Virus record (IMG/VR): IMGVR_UViG_3300033075_001000
Span: 2,948-66,947 of that record
Source: a virus
Taxonomy: Duplodnaviria > Caudoviricetes
Reading direction: 5' to 3' (one strand)
Length of the DNA: 64,000 nt
A program made the translations under genes and the position numbers. Under the pieces are notes generated by a model. It ran no database searches. It was not told where the DNA came from and saw nothing but the letters and a program-made list of their open reading frames with translations. Of the stretch, positions 26,385 to 36,400 are shown in pieces; the first letter of the stretch is position 1; each line of letters begins with the position of its first letter.

Positions 26385-26638
26385 CAGTTCTCCTCTTTCG
26401 GGACGCGGTTCAGGACGGAGATCAGCTTGAGGGCACGATCGGAGCTCTCGGCACACTTCGGGCACCGGCCGACGCGCTCGTCGAAGACGACGTCGCACTC
26501 GACGCAGAGCACCGCGACCTCGAGCGGCAGGGTGTTCTCCTCAGAGGGGGGCTGCATGGTGGGCACCCGGAACGGGAACTTCTTCCATGGGTACTCCTTG
26601 GCACCTGCGGCTATTTTCTGTAGGCCCCGGAATGTCAT
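26384..26638 (-). CDS. Zn-ribbon hypothetical protein
   Basis: CVECD...CPKC. Confidence 0.55.
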   Translation of the reverse strand: MTFRGLQKIAAGAKEYPWKKFPFRVPTMQPPSEENTLPLEVAVLCVECDVVFDERVGRCPKCAESSDRALKLISVLNRVPKEEN

Positions 26639-27108
26639 GCGCCCTCCTTCCAATAATGGTTGTGGACGATCGCCGACACCATCTGTTGGCTCAACCCAAA
26701 CACGGCCCCCACGGCGGCCTGAGTCATATCTCCACGCACGGCCATCTTCCTGATTTCTGTCGCTACTGGCCGCGTTATTTTTCGGTAAGCCACCCTGCGG
26801 CCCTTCTGAATCATGTCCCCGACGTTGTCGGCCTGTGTCCCCAAAAATAGGTGTGCTGGGTTCACGCACGGGGGGTTATCGCACGAGTGCAGCACGCTCA
26901 GGCCTACGGGGATGGCCCCGGAATGCAATCGCCAACTGACTCGGTGGGCCTGCTCCATCCTATCGGCTAGCCAGAACCTCCCGTATCCATCCTTGTCTCT
27001 ACGGCCAGTCCATTCCAAACAACCGGAGGAAGCCGTTGCCGTATGCCGGTGAAACCGTTCGAGGTCCCGTGGTACCATTTCAGCGTGAGGGTGCTTAGTC
27101 GCCTTCAT
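26635..27108 (-). CDS. HNH homing endonuclease with a C-terminal HTH
   Basis: SGCLEWTG...GYGRFW...VLHSCDNPPCVNPAHLFLGTQADN; TQAAVGAVFGLSQQMVSAI; RBS AGGAGGACG. Confidence 0.9.
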   Translation of the reverse strand: MKATKHPHAEMVPRDLERFHRHTATASSGCLEWTGRRDKDGYGRFWLADRMEQAHRVSWRLHSGAIPVGLSVLHSCDNPPCVNPAHLFLGTQADNVGDMIQKGRRVAYRKITRPVATEIRKMAVRGDMTQAAVGAVFGLSQQMVSAIVHNHYWKEGA

Positions 27109-27120
27109 CGTCCTCCTGGT

Positions 27121-27157
27121 GAGCCCCGGACTCGTCACCCGGGGCTCTTCTTTTTTC
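27121..27157 (+). terminator. Hairpin + T-run oriented to stop + strand transcription just before the Y RNA array
   Basis: GAGCCCCGG-actcgtcac-CCGGGGCTC-TTCTTTTTT. Confidence 0.55.
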
Positions 27158-27202
27158 AACGGCAGGGCCCGGCTACGACGAAGGTAACCGGGCGGGTCGT
27201 TG
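27157..27202 (-). ncRNA. Weak fifth Y-like RNA (Y5, minimal)
   Basis: CAACGAC-CC-GCCCGG-UUAC...CCGGGC-CCU-GCCGUUG; shares the GG-UUAC and U-GCC motifs but has a reduced internal loop. Confidence 0.35.
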
Positions 27203-27256
27203 GTGGGGTTGTAGGTGGGGAGATGGCCGAAGAGGCGCGGCCGGAGGGCAAGAGAA

Positions 27257-27351
27257 GAGGGGCAAGGTGAAGAGAGGGAGACCCGAGCGAACCCGGGAAT
27301 GCGTGTCGGCTTATAAGGCTGATGCAGTAACCCTCTCAATTCGGCCCCCTC
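27257..27351 (-). ncRNA. Y RNA (Y4) with a non-tRNA payload
   Basis: GGGGC-CGAAUU-GAGAGGG-UUAC...CCCUCUC-UUCACCUU-GCCCC; payload includes a CCCGGG-UUCG-CUCGGG hairpin. Confidence 0.65.
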
Positions 27352-27405
27352 GTTGTTCAGCGGAAAGCCCGGAACCTTGAATAGCGCCGGGCCTTATTAA
27401 AAGTT

Positions 27406-27530
27406 GCGAGGCAAGAGGTGGGGACGGCCGTTTGAAGGCATCTGCTCTACCGTTGAGCTAGTGGCCCCGAAGGGCGACATTGGATTCGAACCAACAACAA
27501 TATGCTGTAACCGTCTCCGAGCGGCCTCGC
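27406..27530 (-). ncRNA. yrlA: YrlA-type Y RNA (Y1) with a permuted tRNA-like module
   Basis: GCGAGGC/GCCUCGC terminal stem; GGAGACGG-UUAC; T-arm GUUGG-UUCGAAU-CCAAU; acceptor-like stem closed by UUCG; D-arm GCUC-AACGGUA-GAGC. Confidence 0.85.
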
Positions 27531-27540
27531 GGGATGAATG

Positions 27541-27673
27541 TACGGCAAGTTGTGAAGACGATGTTTTAGTGCTCTAACCAACTGAGCTACCCACACCGTA
27601 GAAGGGGTGTGGGGCCGGATTCGAACCAGCGACCTCTCGATCCATAATCGGTAACCGTCTCCGATCGGCCGTA
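27541..27673 (-). ncRNA. yrlA: YrlA-type Y RNA (Y2) with a permuted tRNA-like module
   Basis: UACGGC/GCCGUA and GGAGACGG/UCGUCUUC stems; T-arm GCUGG-UUCGAAU-CCGGC; CCCACACC/GGUGUGGG acceptor-like stem; D-arm GCUC-AGUUGGUUA-GAGC. Confidence 0.9.
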
Positions 27674-27686
27674 CGTTAGGCCGTAC

Positions 27687-27748
27687 GTGGCGGCAAGTTG
27701 GCGCCGAGGGAGACATAATGGAAGTAACCCTCGGCTGTCGGCCGCCAC
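27687..27748 (-). ncRNA. Minimal Y RNA (Y3, 62 nt; Ro-binding-type stem only)
   Basis: GUGGCGGC-CGACA-GCCGAGGG-UUAC(loop)-CCCUCGGC-GCCAACUU-GCCGCCAC. Confidence 0.75.
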
Positions 27749-27802
27749 ATGTTCTTCAGTTGTTAAAGACCCCGGTTGTGCCGTAGCACAATGTAGCGCT
27801 GG

Positions 27803-29446
27803 TCAGACCCTTCCGCAAGCGAAATCTGCGATGAGCCGCGGGGCGACCGTGTCGAACCCGACGACGTCGAGGCAGCCCGGATCCCTGGCGTCCGCGATAG
27901 TGAAACCTGTGGAGGTCATCCCGATGACGACGAGCTTCGCGTCGGTCCCAGTCTGTTTCCGGTACTGCCGGAGAGCCTCCATGGGGTGGACGGACCCGCT
28001 GTGGGTCTCGTTGTCGGTGATGACGATGAAGCAGTCGACCTGGAGTCCCTCCTCCATGGCGTTCAGCATCGGGCGGGCGCAGTCGGTCCCGCCCCAGGGC
28101 CGGTTCTGGGTCGCCTGGAAGGCCTGGGAGAACTGGCACCCGTCGTTGATGCCGAGCGGGATCATCATAGAGTCGCTGGCGGGCCAGCCGTACCGGTTCA
28201 CCACACGGGAGGACGAGAACCCCCGGATGACGTAGTTCGGCTTCTCCGCCTTCGCGATCGCGAGGGCGAGGCACGCAGCCCCGGCCGCCGGGGTGAGTCC
28301 GGGGACGCCGGCGATGACGCCAGAGTACATCGAGGGCGAGACGTCGACGCCGATGTAGAACCGCTTCCCGGTGGGCTCGAGGAAGTCGAAGGACCGCAGG
28401 AACGCCCCGTCCAGGGCCGACACGATCGAGTCGACCTTGACCCAGGTGTTCTTCCCCCGGAAGCCGTGGCCCTGCCCGTACGTCAGGAGGGCCGCCAGGA
28501 GCTGGATCGGGTGGACGTGGGCCTTCCGGATCCACTCGTCGTTCCCGAGCCCCTGGACCACCTTGGCGGTCGCGGCAGACAGCGGCTTGAGGAGGCCGAC
28601 CTCGGTCATCTTCCCCAGGTTCCGGATCATGGCCGTCATGGGCATCCGCTCGAGGAGCGCCGCCCAGACCTCCGTGTCGTTCAGGAACTCGGTCTTGACG
28701 CACTCCCGGGGCAGGTCGTACTTCCGGATGAGCTCGACGGCCTCCTTCGGGTCCGTGGCGCGCTTCATCCGCTCGAAAGCCCAGACGCGGGCGAGGACCT
28801 CGTCCGGGTGGACCTCCTCCCCGACGGAGGGCCAGCCCTTGACGACCCAGTTCAGGATGTCGTTCCGGCGGCCGGCGACCTTCGGGTGGGCCAGACGCAG
28901 GACGTCCCGGTGGGACCATCCGTCCCGGGACTGGTACTTCATGACGTCGTAGACGAGGTCCTTGTCGGAGTGGGCCTCGTACCAGCGGGCGATCGCCTTC
29001 CGCAGACCGGTGCCCATGCCCCGCTCCGACTTCAGCATCGCCATGAGGTGGAAGAGGTGGGTGCCGATCTTGGCGACGCCGGGGAAGGCCTTGTAGGCCG
29101 CGCGCCGGCCCGCCTCCGTGCCCTTCACGGCCACCCGGGCGAGGGCGTAGAGGAGCGGGTCCTGCTTCGGGGCCCGGCGATCCTTGACGTTCTCGAGGAT
29201 CGTCTCGACGACGCGGTCAGGGTCCTCGGCGATGCACCGGTCGAGATTGGCGGTGTTCGCCTTGACCTGGGTCTCCTGGGAACAATAGTAAGTCGAGCCC
29301 TCCGCACCCAGAATGAGGAAGCGCTGGAGGGCCTTCCAGGGGTCGAGTGCGTAGACGAAGCCTCCGGCCTGGTTCTGCACCTGGCTGGAGTCGAGCGGCT
29401 CCCTCTGAGGGATGGTGGACTTCCTCTTGGGAACAAGGTAGGCCAT
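27803..29446 (-). CDS. rsr: Ro60/Rsr TROVE-domain RNA-binding protein
   Basis: QVQNQAGGFV...LQRFLILG...YY; YQSRDGWSHRDVLRLAHP; MPMTAMIRNLGKMT; vWA MIDAS VDVSPSM...TDC...ITDNET; LDVVGFD. Confidence 0.97.
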   Translation of the reverse strand: MAYLVPKRKSTIPQREPLDSSQVQNQAGGFVYALDPWKALQRFLILGAEGSTYYCSQETQVKANTANLDRCIAEDPDRVVETILENVKDRRAPKQDPLLYALARVAVKGTEAGRRAAYKAFPGVAKIGTHLFHLMAMLKSERGMGTGLRKAIARWYEAHSDKDLVYDVMKYQSRDGWSHRDVLRLAHPKVAGRRNDILNWVVKGWPSVGEEVHPDEVLARVWAFERMKRATDPKEAVELIRKYDLPRECVKTEFLNDTEVWAALLERMPMTAMIRNLGKMTEVGLLKPLSAATAKVVQGLGNDEWIRKAHVHPIQLLAALLTYGQGHGFRGKNTWVKVDSIVSALDGAFLRSFDFLEPTGKRFYIGVDVSPSMYSGVIAGVPGLTPAAGAACLALAIAKAEKPNYVIRGFSSSRVVNRYGWPASDSMMIPLGINDGCQFSQAFQATQNRPWGGTDCARPMLNAMEEGLQVDCFIVITDNETHSGSVHPMEALRQYRKQTGTDAKLVVIGMTSTGFTIADARDPGCLDVVGFDTVAPRLIADFACGRV

Positions 29447-29460
29447 GTGGGCTCCTCTCT

Positions 29461-29515
29461 GGTGCGTATCGCACCGGAGCGCACTGTACTACCTACCCTT
29501 CGAAAGTCAAGTCAA
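29461..29515 (-). promoter_or_regulatory. Sigma70-like promoter and palindrome upstream of rsr
   Basis: On the - strand TTGACT-16 nt-TACAGT (29510-29483), then a GGTGCG-ata-CGCACC palindrome (29461-29475) and RBS GAGAGGAG. Confidence 0.6.
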
Positions 29516-29676
29516 TCCTTCTGTTTGAACCAGCGGCGCCACTTCCCCCGCTTCTTGTCCTCGGCGTGGAAGTCCTTGCCGACCTCCTGGTCGACGCCGA
29601 CCTTCTTCGCGAACTCCGGGGAGTGCGCGATCGCGTTAAAAAATCTTGCCTGGCGTTTACTGGACGATGGAGCCAT
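29512..29676 (-). CDS. Conserved small phage protein
   Basis: PSSSKRQARFFNAIAHSPEFAKKVGVDQEVGKDF. Confidence 0.7.
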   Translation of the reverse strand: MAPSSSKRQARFFNAIAHSPEFAKKVGVDQEVGKDFHAEDKKRGKWRRWFKQKD

Positions 29677-30361
29677 CGGACTCCCCCTTCTTCTTGCCCT
29701 CCCAGCGAGCGAGAGCTGCATCTCTGGCCCCTGCCGCCAAGTGCGAGCATTGAGACTTGCCCCTACAGGCCCTGGAACAAAACCGCCGTTTCGTAGCGGT
29801 AGCTGGGGTAACCCGGATAGCGGCCCCGCATCGTTCGCACGGCTTCATGGACTCGGTCCGTTTGTAGGCCCCCGCACACGTCGTGCTACAGAACTTCGCA
29901 CCCCTCCGAACAAACACCGGGTTGCGGTAGAACGTAGCGCCGCAATGGAGACACACTATGTCTTCCGCGGACCTGCGTGGCGTCGGTACAACGGGAGCTT
30001 CCGTAAAATTTACCTCCGCGACCGCGCGCCGCCTGTTGAATTCCTTGCGATAGTTACAATTGTGGCAGAGTAGCTGGTACTTGCCGGCGGGCCAGCCCTG
30101 CCGTTTGAGGCGAGAATAGAGCTGGACACCGCCCGCGCCGGCGGGGCGTTTCCGCTCTGTGTACCCAGTATCGTCGATGTGGTCCAATACCAGTATCACT
30201 GGATCGCCCTCGCCACAAAGCCGACATTTGCCGCCGTACGCGGCTACCATTTCACGTCGGATGCGATCCCTGCGCTCGGCTCCGTAATGCCTCAGATACC
30301 CCTTGTTACATTCGAGCCAACGGGCAAGGTTCTTTTTGGCTTCTTCAGACTTTATCGGCAT
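29657..30361 (-). CDS. HNH endonuclease with C-terminal Zn-finger repeats
   Basis: YGGKCRLCGE...LDHID...YQLLCHNCN; CLHCG...FCSTTC; CERCG...FCSRAC. Confidence 0.85.
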   Translation of the reverse strand: MPIKSEEAKKNLARWLECNKGYLRHYGAERRDRIRREMVAAYGGKCRLCGEGDPVILVLDHIDDTGYTERKRPAGAGGVQLYSRLKRQGWPAGKYQLLCHNCNYRKEFNRRRAVAEVNFTEAPVVPTPRRSAEDIVCLHCGATFYRNPVFVRRGAKFCSTTCAGAYKRTESMKPCERCGAAIRVTPATATKRRFCSRACRGKSQCSHLAAGARDAALARWEGKKKGESDGSIVQ

Positions 30362-30453
30362 GGTGTGCCTTCTGCCTCCACGCCTCAAGTATACCACCGT
30401 CTACGCGAAGAACTTCGCCTGTTTCTTCGACGTGCTGGGCATCGCGCCTCCCC

Positions 30454-33400
30454 TCACTCGTTCCCGAAGATCGCCTTCAGCCGGGCCTCGATCTTCTCGA
30501 CGTCCTTCCCTGACCGGGTCTTCCGCCAGAGCGCCGGCCGGGAGCTGCCGTCAGAGGCCCGTTTCCCGTAGGCCTTCTCGTGGAGGATGGGCTTGATCTC
30601 TTCCCGCTCGCTTCTCGAGGCGAGGTCCCAGAAGTCCAGGGCGATCTCGATCGGCATCGACCTCGAGTAGGCGGCCTGGAGCGAAGTCATCCCGCCGGCC
30701 TTCTCGACCTTCTTCGTGTCCTTCGGGTGGAGCTCGCCTTCGTCTTCCTTCTGCCGGACCTCAGAGAGGATTGCCTCTCGTTCAGCCGGAGTCTTCGCCC
30801 CGCGGAGCCGATCGTCGGCCTGGGCCAGGAACTTCGAGCGGTCACCCTGTTCGCGGGTCTTCGCTCCCTGTGGCATGTGCTCCGCGGAGTACTTCTTCAT
30901 CGCTTCTGTCAGGGGCGTACCCGTGACGTAGCTCGGGGCCCGGGTAACGCCGATCATTGGGGCCCACGCCGGGAGCTTCGTGTTCGGATTCGGGGCGCCC
31001 TCGATCATCTGCCGCACCGAGAACGGCAGGAACTCACGCATCAGGAATTTGGCGTCGTCGAGACGCTGCTGGAAGAACGGGTCTTTCGGGTCGTGGATCT
31101 GGATGTTCCAGAAGTCAGCGTTCCGGCCAATGTAGTAGATGTCACCGAGGACCGGATGCAGCTTGTGGGTGATCGTGGTGAGCGGGTGCGTCGACCAGGC
31201 GAGGACGTCCTTGACGTAGGTGGCATACATGAACCGCTCGTCCGTGCCGTCGGTGTTCTTGGCCCCAGTGGGGACCGCGTAGAGGTCATTGAGCTCCTTC
31301 GGCGCCTTCTTGTGGAGCATGTAGTAGGTCATCGCCCCGATGACGCCCATCCCCCACGCCAGATAGAGGCCGTACGCCATCCTGTGTGTCATGACCGGGT
31401 CCCGGAGGTCGTAGCGAGGCGCCGGCGGCTCTTCCGGCCCGCCTTCGCCGCCCTTCCCGCCCCGCGGCGGCCCTCCCGCCGGCGGTTTGCCGACGCGCCG
31501 GCCGACGGTGAACAGGTCGGTGACGGCCCCTCCGAGGTGCCGGATGTCTCCGGTGTTCCAGCCGAGGCTTCGAACAGCGAGCATCGCGACGTCCTTCGCC
31601 GTGCGGTTCCAGAAGAGGTTGTCGTAGACCATCTGCCCCATCCGGTCGTCGACAGCGTCCCATGCCCGCGCGAGGGCGTGACGCAGGACGTAGGGGTCGA
31701 CGTCGGGGCCGAGGCGCTCGACTTCGTATCGGGCCAGCATGGCGAAGACACCGAGCTTCATCCTCGGCACCCACCACTCCATCAGCCATGCGCCCGTCTT
31801 CTCGAAGAAGGCCGGGAGCAGGTTGCCGAACACTCCCAGGACGCTCTTTTGCCGGAGGGCCCTGCCGAGGGCCTCCCCGGCCTTCGTCATGTAGAGCGAC
31901 TCCTGCTTGAAGCGCCCGCCGGCCGTGATGACCCACTCCACTTCCGGGATGCTGGCGGATCCCGCGAGAGCCTCCTGCATGATCTGGTGACCGCGGTAGA
32001 CGTTCTGGATGGGCGTGTGCGGGGAGAGCCCGAAAGCCATGTTCTTGAGGCCCTGGCGTACGTCGCCCTGGGCAAGCTGGTAGATGCCTACCGCGCCTCG
32101 AGAGGTGAGGGAGTCGAGAACCGTGAACATCCAGTGGAAACCGGAGAGCCCAAGCTGGGCCTGGTTGAGGAGGTTGAAGACCCATCGGACGCCGCGGTAG
32201 GACTTCTTGTGCCCCAGGCCCGGCGAGAGGGCCCGGTTGACGATCCTGGCGACCGGCTTCGGCGCCGCCCAGTAGCCCTTGACGAGCAGGCCGTGCAGGT
32301 CCTGCTTCGTCGTGATGGTCTTACGGGTGATCGTCGGCTTCAGGTCGAGGATCGGGGCGGTCTCGTCGTTCTTCTTGAGGAAGGCCTCGAGCCGCTCGAA
32401 GGCCTTGGGGGCGATCTTCCGGTAGTGCTCCTTGTTCGTGACATACCCGTCGAGGAGGTTCGCGACGAGCTCCGGCCGGCTCATGACGTACTTCTTCCGG
32501 CTCTTCGAGATCTTGTCTTCGGTCTTGATCCGGTCCTCGGCCATCCTCTTGAGCTCGTCCTCGATGCCGGGGGCCCCCTTCATGAGCTCGTCCCAGAGGT
32601 CGTACTTCTGGTCGAGAAGGTGCCCGATCTCGTGCCAGAGGAGGCCCAGGGGGGATGCGAAGCGCGTGAGGATGATGCCCCGCGTCGGGTAAGCCACGCC
32701 GTGGGTTCTACCGGTCCCCGGGAGACGGTAGTGCTTGGCGCCCAGGTCCGCGAGGATCTTCGTAGCACCGTCCCAGAGCTTCTGGTCCACGACCTCGTCG
32801 AGCTTGATGTTGCCGGGGCCGTAGATCGTCCCGACCCGTGGGTCCAGCCTTTCCCAGCCCGGAGGGGGGCTCGGCATCGTCTCGACCGAGAAAGCCTTGA
32901 CATAGCCATGCCGGCGGCCTTCGGCGAGCCACTGGTGGCAGGCGACGTACTTGTAGACGTTGTGGAGGTGATCCAGGACCGCGTCGATCGGGTTCGGGTG
33001 CTTGAGCTTGAGCCCGGGGCCGCCCTCGCTCTCCGGCTTTAGCCCGTCGACGATGAACTCGATGTGCCGCTTCTTCAGGAAGGTCTTTGACCCCTCCCAG
33101 TTCCGCTGCTTCGTGAAAGTGGCCGACCAGTCCTCCGCCTTCTTCGTGTCCGCCCAGAGGTGCGGGAAGTAGTCCTCGAAGAAATGCTTCAGGCGCCCGG
33201 TGCCGAGGTTCCGGATGGCGTCCCGTGCCTCGTCGAGGATTTCCCTGACAAGCTCTGCGGCCTCGTTCAGGACGGGCGTCTCTTGTGGATCCCCGCGCTC
33301 GATCTTGTCGAGGAAGGTGACGACCTCGGACTCGCTCTTGCGGTCGAGCTCGATCTTGGCCGCCTTCAGCATCGTGTGGGCCTGGAGCAGACGGTGCTCC

Positions 33401-36400
33401 CGCCGGGCCGTCGTCTCGCGCATAGAGTCGCCCGCGAGGGTCGCCTCGAGCGTTGCCGTCTGCGGCGCGAAGGCGTTCCGCATGTCGGAGAAGAGCTCGG
33501 AGAACGTCTCCCGGATCGGGTGCTCCTTGACCTTCGGCAGCGGATCCGGCCGCTCCTTCTTCGGCTTGGGCCCCTTTTCGATGAGCCGACGCCCGGCCGC
33601 GAAATCTCCAGCGTCCCGGGTGCTCCCACCGCGAGACGCGAGCCCTGCCTTGCCGGCGGGGGGCACGAGGGAGACGACCGGGTAGGTCGACATGAACCGC
33701 GCCAGTACGGGCTCCAGCGCCTCGTCGGCCGGGAAGAGGTACCGCGACGTATAGCTGTGCCGCTCGACGAGGACGCCCATCTTTTCGACCTGGAGTCTGG
33801 CGTCCCAGAGCTTCTGGGCAGCCTTCTGGTCGTTGTCGTCGATCTCGATCCGCTCGACGCCCGTGATGAGCGACCGCCGGAGCCACCATCCGTTCGCGAG
33901 CTTCGCCCGCCACTTCCCGTTGAGGACCTTCTCGATGACTTCGGTCGGAGTGATCTCGCGCGAGCTCTGCCCGACGCCAAGGTTCGTGAGGACTTCGTCG
34001 AGCTCCGCCGCGTCGATCAGCCTCCCGAGGATGCGCCCGCCGTCCGTGATCTTCACACGGCGGATGCGAGGCGTGCCCGCACCGAGCCGGTTCCAGACCG
34101 GCAGGAGCGCCCCGCTGACGATGTGGAGGGGAGACTCGTGGAACTTCGGGACCAACTTCGACTGCTCGTCCCAGAGCGCCATGGCCTTCTCGAGATCGAC
34201 CTCGTCGAACCGCTTGCCGTCGATCTGGCCGCCCCAGGAGTAGAAGTCCTCCACGGGCTCCCACGCCTGCCCGAATGGGGTCTGGGCGAGGAGCTTCATG
34301 TGGACCGTGCCCTGCTTGTCCGTGGTAGTGGTCCGGTTGTCGTAGAGCGCGTGGATGCGCCCGCTCGCCTTGTTCTTGACGTAACGCTCGATCCCGCGAG
34401 CCCCCGGGAACCGGAGCGGCTCCCGCTTCTTCTTCGAGATGAGCTCGTAGTAGACGGTCTCTGCGTGCGACCGCTTGTCGATGTTGACGACGCTGCGGCG
34501 GACCTCCTTGACCTCGTCAGCCCGGATGTCCTCGACGCCGAGCTCAAGAGTCCCGGCCTGCCGCGCGACGTCGATGAGGTGGCCGAGGAGGCTGCTCAGC
34601 TTGTCGAAAACGATCTTCTGCCCTTCGAGCGGCATCGAGAGCACCCGGTTCAGGAACTGCGTCATCTCCGGCATATCGAGCGTGCTGGTGATGTCGAGCC
34701 CCGTCGCCTCCTGGAAGTCCTCCCTCGACATGCCCTCGAGCTCACCTCCGCGGACCAGCCCGAAGAGTGCCGATAGCGCCTGGGCGGCGAGCGGCGACTC
34801 GAGGTTGTCGGACTCGGTGAACATGCCCTGCCCGGCTGCGGAGCGCTGGCCCTTCGTCAGCGCGCCTGACTGCGCCATGCGGCGAGCGATCGTCGAGACA
34901 AACCGCTTGTGGCCCGGGACCTCTGTAGAGACCAGGATGTCTACCGGCGCGTTCTCCTGGTTCGACCGATGCGTACGGCCGAGGCCCTGGATCGCCTTGT
35001 CGGCACGCCATCCCGGCTGGAGCAGGTAGTGGTAACGGCGCCGCTGGTTCTTCGCGTTCCGCGATGAGTGGTAAGACGCGCCTGTGCCGCCCGCCTCGGA
35101 GAACACGAGGATCTTCTTGCGGTCCGCCATGAAGTCGGCGGCCTCGGAGGCGTTCGCCGTGCTGCCCCTCTTCTCCTCACGGAGCTTCCCGTCCGGCCCG
35201 CGCACGAGTCGAGCATTCCGCCCGGTAACCTCGGCGACCTTGTCGGGCCCGAAGTGGTTGATGAGCTGGTCGAGCGCACCGTCCGGGACCGGGAGCTGCC
35301 CGAGCTCCGTCAGCAGGGCCTCCCGCATCGCGACGGCATCGGGGTTCTCGATGTAGTCCCCCTTCGAGTCCGTCGCGTAGACCATCTTGACGTTGCCGTC
35401 TTCGTCGGTCTTCTCGACCATCTGATGGACGGGGAAGCTCTTCTCGACGTACTCCATCAGGCTGCGCCGCGGCGTGAGGTCGAGGCTCTCGAGATCGTCC
35501 TCTTCCTCCATCTCCTTCTTGGCACGGTCGAGCTGTGCCTTGCCGGTCAGCGTGAGCTGGACGACGACGGCGTGTCCTTCCTTGAGCTGCCTCTCCATGT
35601 CGACCAGGACCGTCGGCATCTGGATCGAGGTCAGGACCATGTTCCAGAACCGCTGGTTCGTGGACCAGAACTGGTTATAGGCGTTCAGCTTCGCCCACTT
35701 GCTGATCCGGTTGGCGTGGTCCTTCGCGGTCAGGCCAAGAGCATCGTCGATCTTGCTCGAGACGAGGCGCCACGCAGACGCGAGCTTGTCCCACATCTCC
35801 TTCTGGCTGTCGGTCAGATCGTGCTGAAGCCGCTGCACCTCGACGCCTTCGAACGAAAGCGTCCGAGCGCAGTAGACGCCCGCGGCCTTCATGCCCTGGG
35901 CCACGAGCTCCATCGCTGCGATACCGCCGCTGGCGACGCTGGTGACGAACTTGCCCTTGTCGGGGAACGCCGTCTCCTCGCCCCAGAGACCGAGCCGGTC
36001 AGCGTAGGCGAGGTTCGAGACTTCCGTAGCCGCCGTCGCAGAGGCGTAGACAACGCGGGACTTCGGGAGCGATCGCGCCAGACCGATGCCGGCAAGGGCC
36101 CTCTTCGAGGGCTCCTTCTTCCGTCCCCCCTTGGACGTCGCGATCGCGTTCGCCATGTTGTGGCTCTCGTCGTAGGCAATGACGCCTTCGAAGTCCGCCC
36201 CGAGCCACTCCTTGATCTGGTCGATACGGGCGACCTTCTTCACCTGGGAGGCGGCCTCCGTCTCGGCCGGCTGGTCTCCCTTCTTCTTCTTCTTCTTGCC
36301 GGAGGACTCCGCTGCAAGCGTCGTGTAGGTGACGACGAGGATGCCGTCCTTCTTCGGGACCGACCCGTCGGACGCGACCTTGTCGAGCCGCATGACGTTG

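Noticed and set aside
27406-27673. tRNA genes suggested by GGTTCGAATCC and TAGCTCA motifs
   Set aside because: Arm order is permuted (T before D), there is no anticodon arm or CCA end, and the ends form a Y-RNA stem next to rsr.
27157-27748. CRISPR-like repeat array
   Set aside because: Only short motifs (GTAACC, GGCAAG) recur; unit lengths vary, there are no identical repeats with regular spacers, and no cas genes.
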